Part shown: piece by piece, positions 27,390 through 37,622 of the stretch
Layout of the letters: each line of letters starts with the position of its first letter
How positions within the stretch are numbered: position 1 is the stretch's first letter
NCBI GenBank assembly: GCA_003220435.1
Contig: QHSL01000062.1
Location: forward strand, 65,919 to 129,918
Length of the DNA: 64,000 nt
Direction of reading: 5' to 3'
From: Candidatus Rokuibacteriota bacterium
Lineage (GTDB): Bacteria > Methylomirabilota > Methylomirabilia > Rokubacteriales > CSP1-6
Notes under the pieces: model-generated
The model's database searches: none
What the model saw: the letters and a program-made list of their open reading frames with translations, nothing else
Told to the model about the DNA's origin: nothing
Translations under genes and position numbers: made by a program

Positions 27390-28589
27390 ATGAAGAGCAG
27401 GCTGGCCGTAGTGCTCGCGGCCGCGTTGCTGCTGGCGGCGGCGCCCGCGATCGCCCAGAAGACGCCCGGCGTGACGGACGCCGAGATCGTCATCGGGCTC
27501 ACGATGCCGCTGTCGGGCCCGGCCGCGGCCTGGAGCAACACCGGTGTGGCGATGGAAGCGTGGGCGAAGTACGTGAACGACCAGGGCGGCATCCACGGCC
27601 GGAAGCTCAAGGTCGTCATGAAGGACGACGGTTACAACCCGGGCCGCGCCGTCGCGAACCTCGAGGAGATGAAGGAACAGGTCTTCATGAGCGTCGGGCT
27701 GCTCGGCTCGGCGATCCTGCAGGCCTCGAAGGACAAGCTCGCGGAGTTCAAGCTGCCGACGATCAACCCGTACGGCAACCCGGCGATCTGGGCGAAGCAG
27801 CCGAAGGACAAGCTGCGCTACGTGTTCGTGGCCTACACGGACTACAACGATGAGGGCGACTTCCTGGTGACCCACGCCGTCGGCAAGCTCGGCGCGCAGA
27901 AGATCGCGCTGTTCTACCAGAACGACGAGTACGGCAAGGGTGGCCTCGAGGGCGTGAACCGCGGCCTCAAGGGGCTCGGCGGCAAGGGCTCGCTCGTGAC
28001 GTCGGTCGCGTACGAGCTGACCGATCGCGAGCTCGGCACCCACGCGCTCAAGCTGAAGGACTCCGGGGCGGACACCGTCATCTTCTACTCGACGATCACG
28101 CACGGCGCCAACGTCATCAAGGAGATGGCCAAGGTCGGCTATCGGCCGAAGATCGTGTCGTCGTTCCCGCTCGGTGACTACCTGATCATGTACCGGCTGC
28201 TGGGTGAGCTGTGGGAAGGTGCCCACTTCACCGCGCTCAACGCCGCCGCGGCGGCCGGCGATCCGGCCGCCAAGCCGATCCTCGAGATCCTGAACAAGTA
28301 CGAGCCCAAGCTCGTCGGCAAGGAGAACACCGCCCTGGCGGGAGCGAGCGCGCTGCTGCTCGCCATCGAGGGGCTCAAAAAGGCCGGGAAGAACCTGACC
28401 CGCGAGTCCTACGTCGAGGCGATGGAGCAGGTCAAGGGGTTCACGGTGATGGGGTTGACGCCGCCGATCACCTTCGGCCCGGGCCGGCGCCACGGGCTCA
28501 ACGCCGTGCGCATGCTGCGGGCGGTGAAGGCCGCCGACAACTCGTACGTCGAGGTCGTGCCGCCGCAGATCTTCCAGCCGCACTTCTAG
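27390..28589 (+). CDS. Liv-type ABC transporter substrate-binding protein
   Basis: Signal peptide, GVTDAEIVIG, PLSGPAA, GGIHGRKL, DDGYNP, YQNDEYG. Confidence 0.9.
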   Translation: MKSRLAVVLAAALLLAAAPAIAQKTPGVTDAEIVIGLTMPLSGPAAAWSNTGVAMEAWAKYVNDQGGIHGRKLKVVMKDDGYNPGRAVANLEEMKEQVFMSVGLLGSAILQASKDKLAEFKLPTINPYGNPAIWAKQPKDKLRYVFVAYTDYNDEGDFLVTHAVGKLGAQKIALFYQNDEYGKGGLEGVNRGLKGLGGKGSLVTSVAYELTDRELGTHALKLKDSGADTVIFYSTITHGANVIKEMAKVGYRPKIVSSFPLGDYLIMYRLLGELWEGAHFTALNAAAAAGDPAAKPILEILNKYEPKLVGKENTALAGASALLLAIEGLKKAGKNLTRESYVEAMEQVKGFTVMGLTPPITFGPGRRHGLNAVRMLRAVKAADNSYVEVVPPQIFQPHF

Positions 28590-28600
28590 GATCCGGCATC

Positions 28601-28632
28601 GGCGCGGGTGGGCGACGCCGCTCGCCCGCGCC
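28601..28632 (+). other. GC-rich stem-loop after the substrate-binding gene (probable mRNA-stabilising hairpin)
   Basis: ggcgcgggtgggcg-acgc-cgctcgcccgcgcc, a 14-bp stem with two G-U pairs and no U tract. Confidence 0.55.
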
Positions 28633-28640
28633 CTGACCCA

Positions 28641-29385
28641 ATGGGCGACCTGCTCGAAGTCCGGAACGTCTCGCTCAGCTTCGGCGGGATCAACGCGCTC
28701 CAGAATGTTCACGTCGGGATTGCCGAGGGCGAGACGCTAGCCATCATCGGCCCCAACGGGTCGGGCAAGACGTCGCTGTTCAACTGCATCACCGGGATCT
28801 ATCACCCCACCGCCGGGTCGATCGCCTTTCGCGGCGAGTCGCTCCTCGGGCGTTCGCCCGACGCGGTGACGAAGCTCGGCGTGGCCCGAACGTTCCAGAA
28901 CCTGCGCCTCTTCCACAACATGTCCGTGCTCGACAACCTGATGGTCGGGCGCCATCTCCACTTCCAGAAGAACTTCCTGGCGGCCGTCCTGCGCCTGCGG
29001 GGCGAGGAGATCCTTCACCGTCGCCGGTGTGAGGAGATCGTCGAGTTCCTGAACCTGGAGCCCGTCCGCAAGAGCCGCGTCGCCGACTGCTCCTACGGCG
29101 TCCAGAAGCGCGTGGAACTGGGGCGCGCGCTCGCGACCGAGCCGAAGCTGCTCCTGCTCGACGAGCCGGTGTCGGGGCTCACGCAAGAAGAAAAGGAGGA
29201 GTTCGCGTACTGGATCCACGAGATCCGCGGGCGATTCGGGATCACCATCCTGCTGGTCGAACACGACCTGCGCGTCGCCTCGCGGCTGGCGGGCCGTATG
29301 GTGGCGCTCGACCACGGCGTGAAGATCGCCGAGGGAACGCCGGCCGAGGTGCAGCGCCATCCCGAAGTGGTCAGGGCCTACCTCG

Positions 29386-29393
<8 letters not shown>
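28641..29393 (+). CDS. ABC transporter ATP-binding protein (LivG-like)
   Basis: GPNGSGKT, ARTFQNLRLF, LLLLDEP, LLVEHD, VVRAYLG. Confidence 0.9.
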
Positions 29394-30164
<771 letters not shown>

Positions 30165-30165
<1 letters not shown>

Positions 30166-31982
30166 TGGCCACCGTGATGCGTGGGTCGGCGTCGAGCGTG
30201 CCGGCCGTGTTCGCCGAGCAGGTGGAGCGGCAGCGCGATCGGCTCGCGATCCGCTTCAAGGAGTACGGCATCTGGCACCGGGTGTCCTGGGGCCAGTACG
30301 GCGAAGAGGTCCGCCGGGTCGCGGCCGCGCTGCTGGCCTTCGGCCTGCGCCACCAGGAGAACGTGGCCGTCCTCGCCGAGAACCGGCCGGAGTGGCTCTA
30401 CTGCCATCTCGGGATCCAGACCGTCGGCGGCGCCACCTGCGGCATCTATCCGACGTCCAGCCCCGAGCAGATCCGGTATCTCCTGAACCACTCCGAGGCG
30501 CGGCTGGTCTTCGTCGAGAACGAGGAGCAGCTCGACAAGATCCTCGCGATCGTCGGGGAAACCCGAGTCGAGCGGATCGTGGTCTGGGACGCGAAGGGGC
30601 TCTGGGGGTTCAGCCAAGAACGGGTGAGCTTCCTCGAAGACTTCCTCAAGCAGGGTCAGACGTTCGCCGAGACCCGCCCCGGCCTGATCGAGGAGCGGCT
30701 GGCCGCCGTGCGCCCCACCGACACCGCGATGATCATCTACACCTCGGGCACCACCGGGCCGCCCAAGGGCGCGATGCTCGCCCACGGCGCGATTCTCTGG
30801 GTGATCGAGGCGCTCCAGACGGTAAATCCAGTCAGCCGCGACGACGAGGTCGTCTCGTATCTCCCGTTCGCTCACATCTACGAGAACCTGGTCTCGGTGT
30901 TCGGTCCGATGCGCCACGGCTACATCGTGAACTTCGTGGAGAGCCTGGACACGCTCTTTCAAAATCTCCGCGAGATCTCGCCCACCTATTTCGCGAGCGT
31001 GCCGCGCATCTGGGAGAAGCTCGCCTCGACCGTCGAGCTGCGCATGGCGGACTCGACCCTTTTCAAGCGCGGGATCTACCGGGCCGCCGTCGCGATCGGA
31101 CGGCGCCATGCCCGCGCCCGGCTCAGCGAGACGCGAGTACCGCTCTGGCTGGCGCTCGCGTACCGCCTGGCCCACACGGTCGCGCTGGCGCCGCTCAAGC
31201 GGCGGCTCGGCTTCGACCGCACACGCCTCGCGGTGTGCGGCGCCGCGCCGGCCTCCCCGGAGCTGTTCGAGTACTATCACGCGCTCGGCATCCCGCTGAT
31301 CGAAGGGTACGGCCTCACCGAGTCGACGGGCGTGATCTCCATCAACCGAGTCGCGCGACCGCGGGTCGGCACGGTCGGGCCGCCGGTCCCGGGGCTCGAG
31401 GTGGTCCTGGCCGACGACGGCGAGATCCTCACGCGCGGTCCCCACGTCTTCAAGGGCTACTTCAAGGACGCGGACCTGACGGCGCAGACGATCGACCGCG
31501 AAGGCTGGCTCCACACCGGCGACGTCGGCGCCTGGGAAGACGGCTACCTCAAGATCATGGACCGCAAGAAGGACATCATCATCACCGCCGGCGGCAAGAA
31601 CATCACGCCCGCGTACATCGAGAACAAGCTGAAGTTCAGCTCGTATATCCAGGACGCGGTCGTCGTCGGCGACGCGCGAAAGTACCTCGTGGCGCTGATC
31701 CTGATCGACGAGGATAACGTCACGAAGTTCGCTCAGGACCATCGCGTGCCCTTCACGACCTTCCAGGACCTGACCCAGAGCGCCGAGGTGGTCCGGCTGA
31801 TCGACGGCGAGGTGGAGGCGGTGAACAAGACGCTCTCGCAGGTCGAGACGATCAAGAAGGTCGCGCTCCTGCCGCGGCGGTTCTACGCCGAAGAGGGCGA
31901 CGTGACGCCCACCATGAAGGTGAAGCGGCGCGCGCTCGAGCAGCGGTACGCCGACGTGATCAAGGGTCTGTACCGGGATTAG
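30165..31982 (+). CDS. Long-chain acyl-CoA synthetase (AMP-forming)
   Basis: IIYTSGTTGPPKG, SVPRIWEK, EGYGLTE, GWLHTGDVG, DRKKDIIITAGGKNI, TPTMKVKR. Confidence 0.92.
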
Positions 31983-31984
31983 CC

Positions 31985-32965
31985 GTGGATCTGATCGAGT
32001 CGTACTCACAAGAGCTGCGCTTCGCGCGGCGCCCGATCACGCGGGTCCTGCTCGGGCTCCTGGTGCTGGCGGTCGTCGCGCTGCCGTGGGTCGCGCCCGA
32101 CCACGTGGTATTCCTGGGAACCCTGATCGCGCTCTACGCGATCGGCGTGATGGGCCAGAACATTCTGATCGGCTACACGGGCCAGATCTCGTTCGGCCAG
32201 GCCGGGTTCCTCGCGATCGGCGCGTTCGCGTTCGGCCACCTGCGCATCTGGGGCGCGCCGTTCCTGTTGGCGCTGGTGGTGGCCGGCGCCGTCGCCGCGC
32301 TCGCCGGTGCGGTCGTCGGCTTTCCGTCGCTCCGGCTCAAGGGCCCGTACCTATCCATCGCGACGCTCGGCTTCGGCGTCGCTGTCTATCAGATCTTCGT
32401 GAACTGGGAAGTGCTCTCCGGCGGGCGCTCGGGCCTGTCCATCGCCAGGATCAAGCCCCTGCTCGGCCTCACGACCACGCAGACGATCTACTATGCGTAC
32501 GTCCTGCTGCTCGTGGTCTTCACGCTGGCCACGTGTAACCTGATCTCGTCCTACGTCGGGCGGGCGTTCGTGGCCATCCGAGACGCCGACATCGCCGCCG
32601 AGGTCAACGGCGTCAACCTGACGCGCTACAAGCTGCTGGCGTTCGCGATCTCGTCGTTCTACACCGGAGTCCACGGCGCCCTCTACGCCCAGGTGCTGGG
32701 CCATATCGAGCCGCAGATCTTCAACATCGGGGAGTCGCTCACGTTGTTCGTCGCGGTGATCATCGGCGGCGTCGCGTCGATCGAGGGCTCGATCCTGGGC
32801 GCCGCCTTCGTCCTGCTGATCCCCAAGGTCCTCTCGGATTTCCGCGAGATGGTCCCGGTCGTCTACGGGGTGACGATCCTGGTCGTGCTCATCTTTGAGC
32901 CGCTCGGGCTCTTCGGCCGCTGGCTCAAGACGCGGCTGTACTTCCAGCTCTGGCCCTTCCGATGA
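31985..32965 (+). CDS. ABC transporter permease (LivM-like)
   Basis: GYTGQISFGQAGF, LRLKGPYLSIATL, GRAFVAIRD, YKLLAFAISS. Confidence 0.9.
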   Translation: MDLIESYSQELRFARRPITRVLLGLLVLAVVALPWVAPDHVVFLGTLIALYAIGVMGQNILIGYTGQISFGQAGFLAIGAFAFGHLRIWGAPFLLALVVAGAVAALAGAVVGFPSLRLKGPYLSIATLGFGVAVYQIFVNWEVLSGGRSGLSIARIKPLLGLTTTQTIYYAYVLLLVVFTLATCNLISSYVGRAFVAIRDADIAAEVNGVNLTRYKLLAFAISSFYTGVHGALYAQVLGHIEPQIFNIGESLTLFVAVIIGGVASIEGSILGAAFVLLIPKVLSDFREMVPVVYGVTILVVLIFEPLGLFGRWLKTRLYFQLWPFR

Positions 32966-33846
32966 TCGAAAAGCTTCTGCAATACACGCTGACCGGGTTC
33001 TCGGCCGGGAGCCTCTACGCGCTCGTCGCGCTGGGCATCGTGCTGATCTACCGCTCGACCCGCGTGCTGAACTTCGCCCACGGCGACATCGCCACGCTGG
33101 CCACCTTCGTGTCGTTCTCGCTGCTCAGCCACAAGTACTCGTTCCCCGTCGCGTTCGTGGTGAGCCTGCTCGTCGGCGCGGCGGTCGGCATCGCGTTTTA
33201 CTTCGGGGTGCTGGTCCGGGCGCAGCGCGCGGGCGCCAATCTCCTCGGCATGGTGATCCTCACGCTGGGCCTGGCGCTGGTCATCGAGGGCGTCGTCGTC
33301 TGGCACTGGGGCGCGGAGCCCGTGTCGCTGCCGTTCCCGATCTCCGACACCAAGACGTACCGGGTGGGACCAGTGGTCGTCAGCCAGCTCTCGATCGCCA
33401 CGATGGCGGCGGGGCTCCTCGGGAGCCTGCTCCTCTATCTCCTGGTCCAGAAGACGCGGCTCGGCCTGGCGATGCGGGCGACCTCCGAAAACGTGATGGC
33501 CGCCCAGACGCTCGGGATTCCCACCCGCATGGTGTTGAGCGTCTCCTGGGGTGTCGCCTCCGCCCTCGGCGTCGTCGCCGGGATATTCCTGGCCCCGGCC
33601 CTCCTGCTCGACCCGTTCTTCATGCTCGATCCGTTCCTCAAGGGTTTCGCGGCGGCCGTGCTGGGCGGGCTGAACAGCCTGCCGGGCGCCGTGGTGGGCG
33701 CGCTCATCCTCGGCGTCGCCGAGAGTCTGACCGGCGCTTATCTGAGCATCCAGTTCAAGAACACGCTCGCGTTCCTGATCATCATCGTCGTCCTCCTGCT
33801 GCGGCCCGAGGGCTTGCTCGGTAAACAGTTCAAGGAGCGCGTCTAG
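32962..33846 (+). CDS. ABC transporter permease (LivH-like)
   Basis: GSLYALVALG, NFAHG, TRLGLAMRA, AAVLGGL, RPEGLLG. Confidence 0.9.
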   Translation: MIEKLLQYTLTGFSAGSLYALVALGIVLIYRSTRVLNFAHGDIATLATFVSFSLLSHKYSFPVAFVVSLLVGAAVGIAFYFGVLVRAQRAGANLLGMVILTLGLALVIEGVVVWHWGAEPVSLPFPISDTKTYRVGPVVVSQLSIATMAAGLLGSLLLYLLVQKTRLGLAMRATSENVMAAQTLGIPTRMVLSVSWGVASALGVVAGIFLAPALLLDPFFMLDPFLKGFAAAVLGGLNSLPGAVVGALILGVAESLTGAYLSIQFKNTLAFLIIIVVLLLRPEGLLGKQFKERV

Positions 33847-33854
33847 CGGCCGGT

Positions 33855-33883
33855 TTGCCAGTGGACGTCCGTTCGTTTACACT
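33855..33883 (+). promoter_or_regulatory. Sigma70-type promoter for the ferritin-like/accC/accB unit
   Basis: TTGCCA-N17-TACACT. Confidence 0.55.
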
Positions 33884-33920
33884 CGGCTGAACAGCGGTTC
33901 ATTCGGTCTGGAGGCCCTCG

Positions 33921-34676
33921 ATGGATCGTCCGATCGCCTACGACAAGCTCGCGCGGGAAGACCGATTCGTCAGGATGCGCGCGCGCGAGGTCGCCGAGCT
34001 CAAGGTCTCGCAGGGGCTTCCCCCGTTCCCGGATCTTTCCAGTGCCGAGTCCATCAAGGAACGAGTGCACGGGATCATGGTCGGCGAGCTGCAGGCGATG
34101 GAGGGGGCGGGCCGAAGCGTGTGCGATTTTCCGGAGGCGCCCTGGGAATTCACGATGGACATGGCGCGCCAGGTCTGGGACGAGTCGCGCCACGTCGAGA
34201 TTTACTTGAGATTGCTCGATCACCTGGGCGGCTACGCCGGAGAGTTTCCCGAGACGACGATCCTGTGGCGGTGCGCCTGTGCCGAGGACGCCGCAGCGCG
34301 TGTCGCCGGGGTCAACCGAGGCCTCGAGGGGCTGGCGTGCGATGTCTTCAACCAGCTCGTCCACATCGCCCGGAAGATCGGCGACCCGGTCCTCGAGCGA
34401 GCGGTCGATTTCGTCCTCGCCGACGAGATCACCCATGTACGCATGGGCTCGAAGTGGCTGACGAAGCTGACCGAAGGCGACGCCGAGCGCCGGCGCCGGG
34501 CCGTCGAGTTCCAGGAGAACATCGACGAGCGGTTCAACCTCGGCGGAGTCCGGCGCGAGGGGGATCACGACGCGGTGTCCATCTCGATCGCGATCGACGT
34601 CCGTCGCATGGCAGGCTTCACCGAGGAAGAGATCGAGCGCCTGATCAAGACGACCCAGCGGTCGCAAGTCTACTAG
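33921..34676 (+). CDS. Ferritin-like di-iron protein (DUF455-like)
   Basis: Four-helix di-iron pattern: GELQAME, DESRH, EGLACD, DEITH. Confidence 0.75.
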   Translation: MDRPIAYDKLAREDRFVRMRAREVAELKVSQGLPPFPDLSSAESIKERVHGIMVGELQAMEGAGRSVCDFPEAPWEFTMDMARQVWDESRHVEIYLRLLDHLGGYAGEFPETTILWRCACAEDAAARVAGVNRGLEGLACDVFNQLVHIARKIGDPVLERAVDFVLADEITHVRMGSKWLTKLTEGDAERRRRAVEFQENIDERFNLGGVRREGDHDAVSISIAIDVRRMAGFTEEEIERLIKTTQRSQVY

Positions 34677-34681
34677 CGCTC

Positions 34682-35662
34682 GTGGCGCAGCCCCTCGAAG
34701 GAACCTTCAGCGCCGAGCACTCCGCCCGCCTGCTGAGGAACTACCGCTACGTGGTCGAGCGGACGATGCGGGCCCTCGGCGGGTGGATCGCCCTCACGCC
34801 CGAGCTGTCCGCGAAGCTCCTGATGGGTCGCCACGTCTGGGACCTGGCCCAACACTGCGACGCCTTCGGCCGGCGGCTGCCGGAGCTGCGTGCCCACGCC
34901 CACGAGTCCGAGCCGGCCAACCCGGCGGTCGCGACGTTCATGGATGCGCTCGAGGAGCCGGAGGCGCCCGATCAGACCGTGGAGCGGCTGGTGGGCGTCT
35001 ACTCCGTCCTCAAGCCGCACCTCCTCGCGACCTACCGTGGCCATCTCGCGCGCGCGAACCCGGTCTACGAGCCCCCGACCCGCCGGATCCTCACGCGCTG
35101 CATCGAGGACGAGACGAAGCACGTTGTCGCGGGCGAGGAGATCCTGCGCCACCTGGCCTCCACGCCGGCCGCGAAGGAGCGCGCCAGGGTGCGCCAGGCT
35201 CGGCTCGACGGGCTGCTGACGTCGGCGGGCGGTGTGGTCGGCGATGGGATGCGGTTGCTGCTGTCGACGCCGGTTGAGCCGCTCAGGTCCGACCTCTCGG
35301 ACGACGCCCGGGAGTTCATCCGCCTCGAGGCGGCAACAGCGGCCTGGCCTGTGCCCGAAGGGCTCGGCGACGCGCTGACCGCGTTCGCGGCGGCGCTCGT
35401 CGCCCGCGATACGGACGCGCTGTCGCGCTGGCTCGCTCCCGGGGTGGCGATCGGCGACGCCGCGCGGGAGAACCTGCACGCCGCGGAATACACCGGGCAC
35501 CGAGTTGTCGCCTTCGCACGCCTCGGCCACCAGCACCTCGTGAAGACGCGTCTCGACGGATCGGCTGGCTCGGTCGTGGTGCTGAGTCGCTGGACGTCGG
35601 CCGGCGACCACTGGCGCGTGGCCGCCCTCGATGTCGTGGGGCGCGACCTCCGCCCCGCCTGA
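34682..35662 (+). CDS. Ferritin-like partner protein with small C-terminal alpha/beta (NTF2-like) domain
   Basis: GTG 5 nt after the previous stop. Helical region with GRHVWDLAQH and EDETKH. C-terminal FAAALVARD...WRVAALDV segment. Confidence 0.6.
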   Translation: MAQPLEGTFSAEHSARLLRNYRYVVERTMRALGGWIALTPELSAKLLMGRHVWDLAQHCDAFGRRLPELRAHAHESEPANPAVATFMDALEEPEAPDQTVERLVGVYSVLKPHLLATYRGHLARANPVYEPPTRRILTRCIEDETKHVVAGEEILRHLASTPAAKERARVRQARLDGLLTSAGGVVGDGMRLLLSTPVEPLRSDLSDDAREFIRLEAATAAWPVPEGLGDALTAFAAALVARDTDALSRWLAPGVAIGDAARENLHAAEYTGHRVVAFARLGHQHLVKTRLDGSAGSVVVLSRWTSAGDHWRVAALDVVGRDLRPA

Positions 35663-35668
35663 TCGTCG

Positions 35669-37015
35669 TTGCTGCGCACCGTCCTGGTCGCGAATCGGGG
35701 AGAGATCGCCCGGCGGGTGTTCCGCGCCTGCCGTCAGCTCGGGATGCGGACCGTCGCGGTGTACTCCGAGGCTGACCGCGAAGCGTTCCACGTACGCGAA
35801 GCTGACGAGGCCGTGGCGATCGGCGGGGCGCCGGCTCGCGAGAGCTACCTGAACTCCGACCGCATCCTCGAGGCGGCGCGGCAGGCGCGAGCGGACGCGA
35901 TCCATCCCGGCTACGGCTTCCTGTCGGAGAACTGGCGGTTCGCCAAGGCCGTCCAGGACGCGGGCATCGTGTTCATCGGCCCCAAGCCCGACGCGATCCG
36001 AAGGATGGGGGACAAGATCGAAGCGCGCCGGCTGATGGCGGCAGCCCGGGTCCCGATCCTGCCCGGAAGCTTAACTCCGGTGGCAAACGCTGCCGAGGCC
36101 CGACGTGCGGCGGACGAGGTCGGCTTTCCGATCATCCTCAAGGCGGCAGTCGGCGGCGGCGGCATCGGCATGGCGCGCGTCGGCCAGGAAGCCGAGCTTC
36201 AGAGTGCGTTCACGACCGCGGCTCGGCGAGCCCAGGGAGCATTCGGGTCGGGGGAGCTCTACGTCGAGCGCTATCTCGAGCGGCCACGGCACGTGGAGGT
36301 CCAGGTGTTCGGCGACGATTCGGGAGAGGTCGTGCATCTGCACGAGCGCGAGTGCTCGATCCAGCGGCGCCACCAGAAGCTCGTGGAGGAGTCGCCAGCG
36401 CCGAACCTGCCGGCGGCCAGCAAGGCGGCGCTCACGAGCACGGCCGTAGCCGGCGCGCGCGCCATCGGATACACGAACGCCGGCACGATGGAGTTTCTCG
36501 TCGACGAGAGCGGGCGATTCTACTTTCTGGAGATGAACACTCGACTCCAGGTGGAGCACCCGATCACCGAAGAAGCCACCGGGCTCGACCTGGTCGTCGC
36601 CCAGCTCAGGGTCGGGTCCGGCGAGCCGCTGCCCTGGCGCCAGAGCGAGATCGTCCAGAGTCGGGCGGCGGTCGAGTGTCGCGTGTACGCCGAGGATCCC
36701 ACCAAGGGGTTTCTGCCATCGCCGGGCACGGTGTCGAAGCTTGCGCTCCCCTCGGGGAGAGGCATCCGCATCGAATCCGGGATCGAGGCGGGGAGCACCG
36801 TGTCAGTCCACTACGACCCGCTGCTGCTGAAGCTCGTCACTCACGCGGCGACGCGGGCGCAGGCGGTCCAGCGCATGGCGGACGCCCTCGACGCGTGCGT
36901 GATCGAGGGCGTCCGCACCACGGTCCCGTTCCTCCGACGCGTCATCACGAGCGACGAGTTCCGGCAGGGCCGGGTGCACACCCAGATGGTCGAACAAGGA
37001 GCGTTCAATGCCTGA
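35669..37015 (+). CDS. accC: Biotin carboxylase
   Basis: VANRGEIA, IHPGYGFLSEN, GGGGIGM, ERECSIQRRHQK, EMNTRLQVEHP. Confidence 0.92.
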   Translation: MLRTVLVANRGEIARRVFRACRQLGMRTVAVYSEADREAFHVREADEAVAIGGAPARESYLNSDRILEAARQARADAIHPGYGFLSENWRFAKAVQDAGIVFIGPKPDAIRRMGDKIEARRLMAAARVPILPGSLTPVANAAEARRAADEVGFPIILKAAVGGGGIGMARVGQEAELQSAFTTAARRAQGAFGSGELYVERYLERPRHVEVQVFGDDSGEVVHLHERECSIQRRHQKLVEESPAPNLPAASKAALTSTAVAGARAIGYTNAGTMEFLVDESGRFYFLEMNTRLQVEHPITEEATGLDLVVAQLRVGSGEPLPWRQSEIVQSRAAVECRVYAEDPTKGFLPSPGTVSKLALPSGRGIRIESGIEAGSTVSVHYDPLLLKLVTHAATRAQAVQRMADALDACVIEGVRTTVPFLRRVITSDEFRQGRVHTQMVEQGAFNA

Positions 37016-37223
37016 GGACATCAAGGCCCACATCACCGGGGTCGTGTTCCAGATCCCGACCAAGCCCGGCGATCGCGTGGCGGCCGGCGACGCCGTGATC
37101 GTGCTCGAGTCCATGAAGATGGAGATCCCGGTGGAGGCGCCGCGCGCGGGCGCGGTCAGGGAGATCAAGGTCCAGGAAGGCCAGACCGTCCAGGAGGGCG
37201 ACGTCGTCGCCGTGCTGGAGTAG
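37008..37223 (+). CDS. accB: Stand-alone biotin carboxyl carrier protein (71 aa)
   Basis: Biotinylation motif LESMKME. Confidence 0.88.
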   Translation: MPEDIKAHITGVVFQIPTKPGDRVAAGDAVIVLESMKMEIPVEAPRAGAVREIKVQEGQTVQEGDVVAVLE

Positions 37224-37232
37224 GAGGTGGCC

Positions 37233-37571
37233 ATGAGCCTCGAGATGATCCGTGAGCTCTACGATTACCATCGCTGGGCGAACCGCCGTCTCTTCGACGT
37301 CGCGACCACGCTCGGCGAGGAGGTCGTATCCCGCGACCTAGGCAAGCAGTTCAGCTACCCGATCATCCGCCGGATGTTCGGTCACCTCTAGCAACGGGCC
37401 TTCCTCGACGGGCTGGCGCCGGAAGATCTGGAGCGGATCTTCGAGTTCCGCAACCAGCAGGGAAAGCTTCTGAAGTTCCCCCTCTGGCCGCAGCTTCAGC
37501 ACGTGGTCAATCACGCGACGCACCACAGGAGCGAGATCGCCACGAACCTGCTCCAGAAATCCGGCCAGTAA
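37233..37571 (+). pseudogene. DinB/YfiT-family putative metalloenzyme remnant with in-frame TAG and apparent internal deletion
   Basis: MSLEMIRELYDYHRWANRRLFD...MFGHL-[TAG 37389-37391]-QRAFLDGL...QHVVNHATHHRSEIAT. About 112 codons, short for the family. aggaggt RBS present. Confidence 0.75.
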
Positions 37572-37584
37572 GGGGCGAGCTGAG

Positions 37585-37614
37585 GTCTGGGGGACCCATC
37601 GGGGTCCCCCAGAC
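37585..37614. terminator. Perfect 13-bp inverted repeat between convergent genes (bidirectional terminator or REP-like element)
   Basis: gtctgggggaccc-atcg-gggtcccccagac. Confidence 0.65.
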
Positions 37615-37622
37615 AGGACATC

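Noticed and set aside
37389..37391. In-frame TAG as possible pyrrolysine or amber read-through
   Set aside because: It coincides with an apparent loss of conserved DinB sequence, and no pyl genes are in view. A deletion junction is the simpler explanation.
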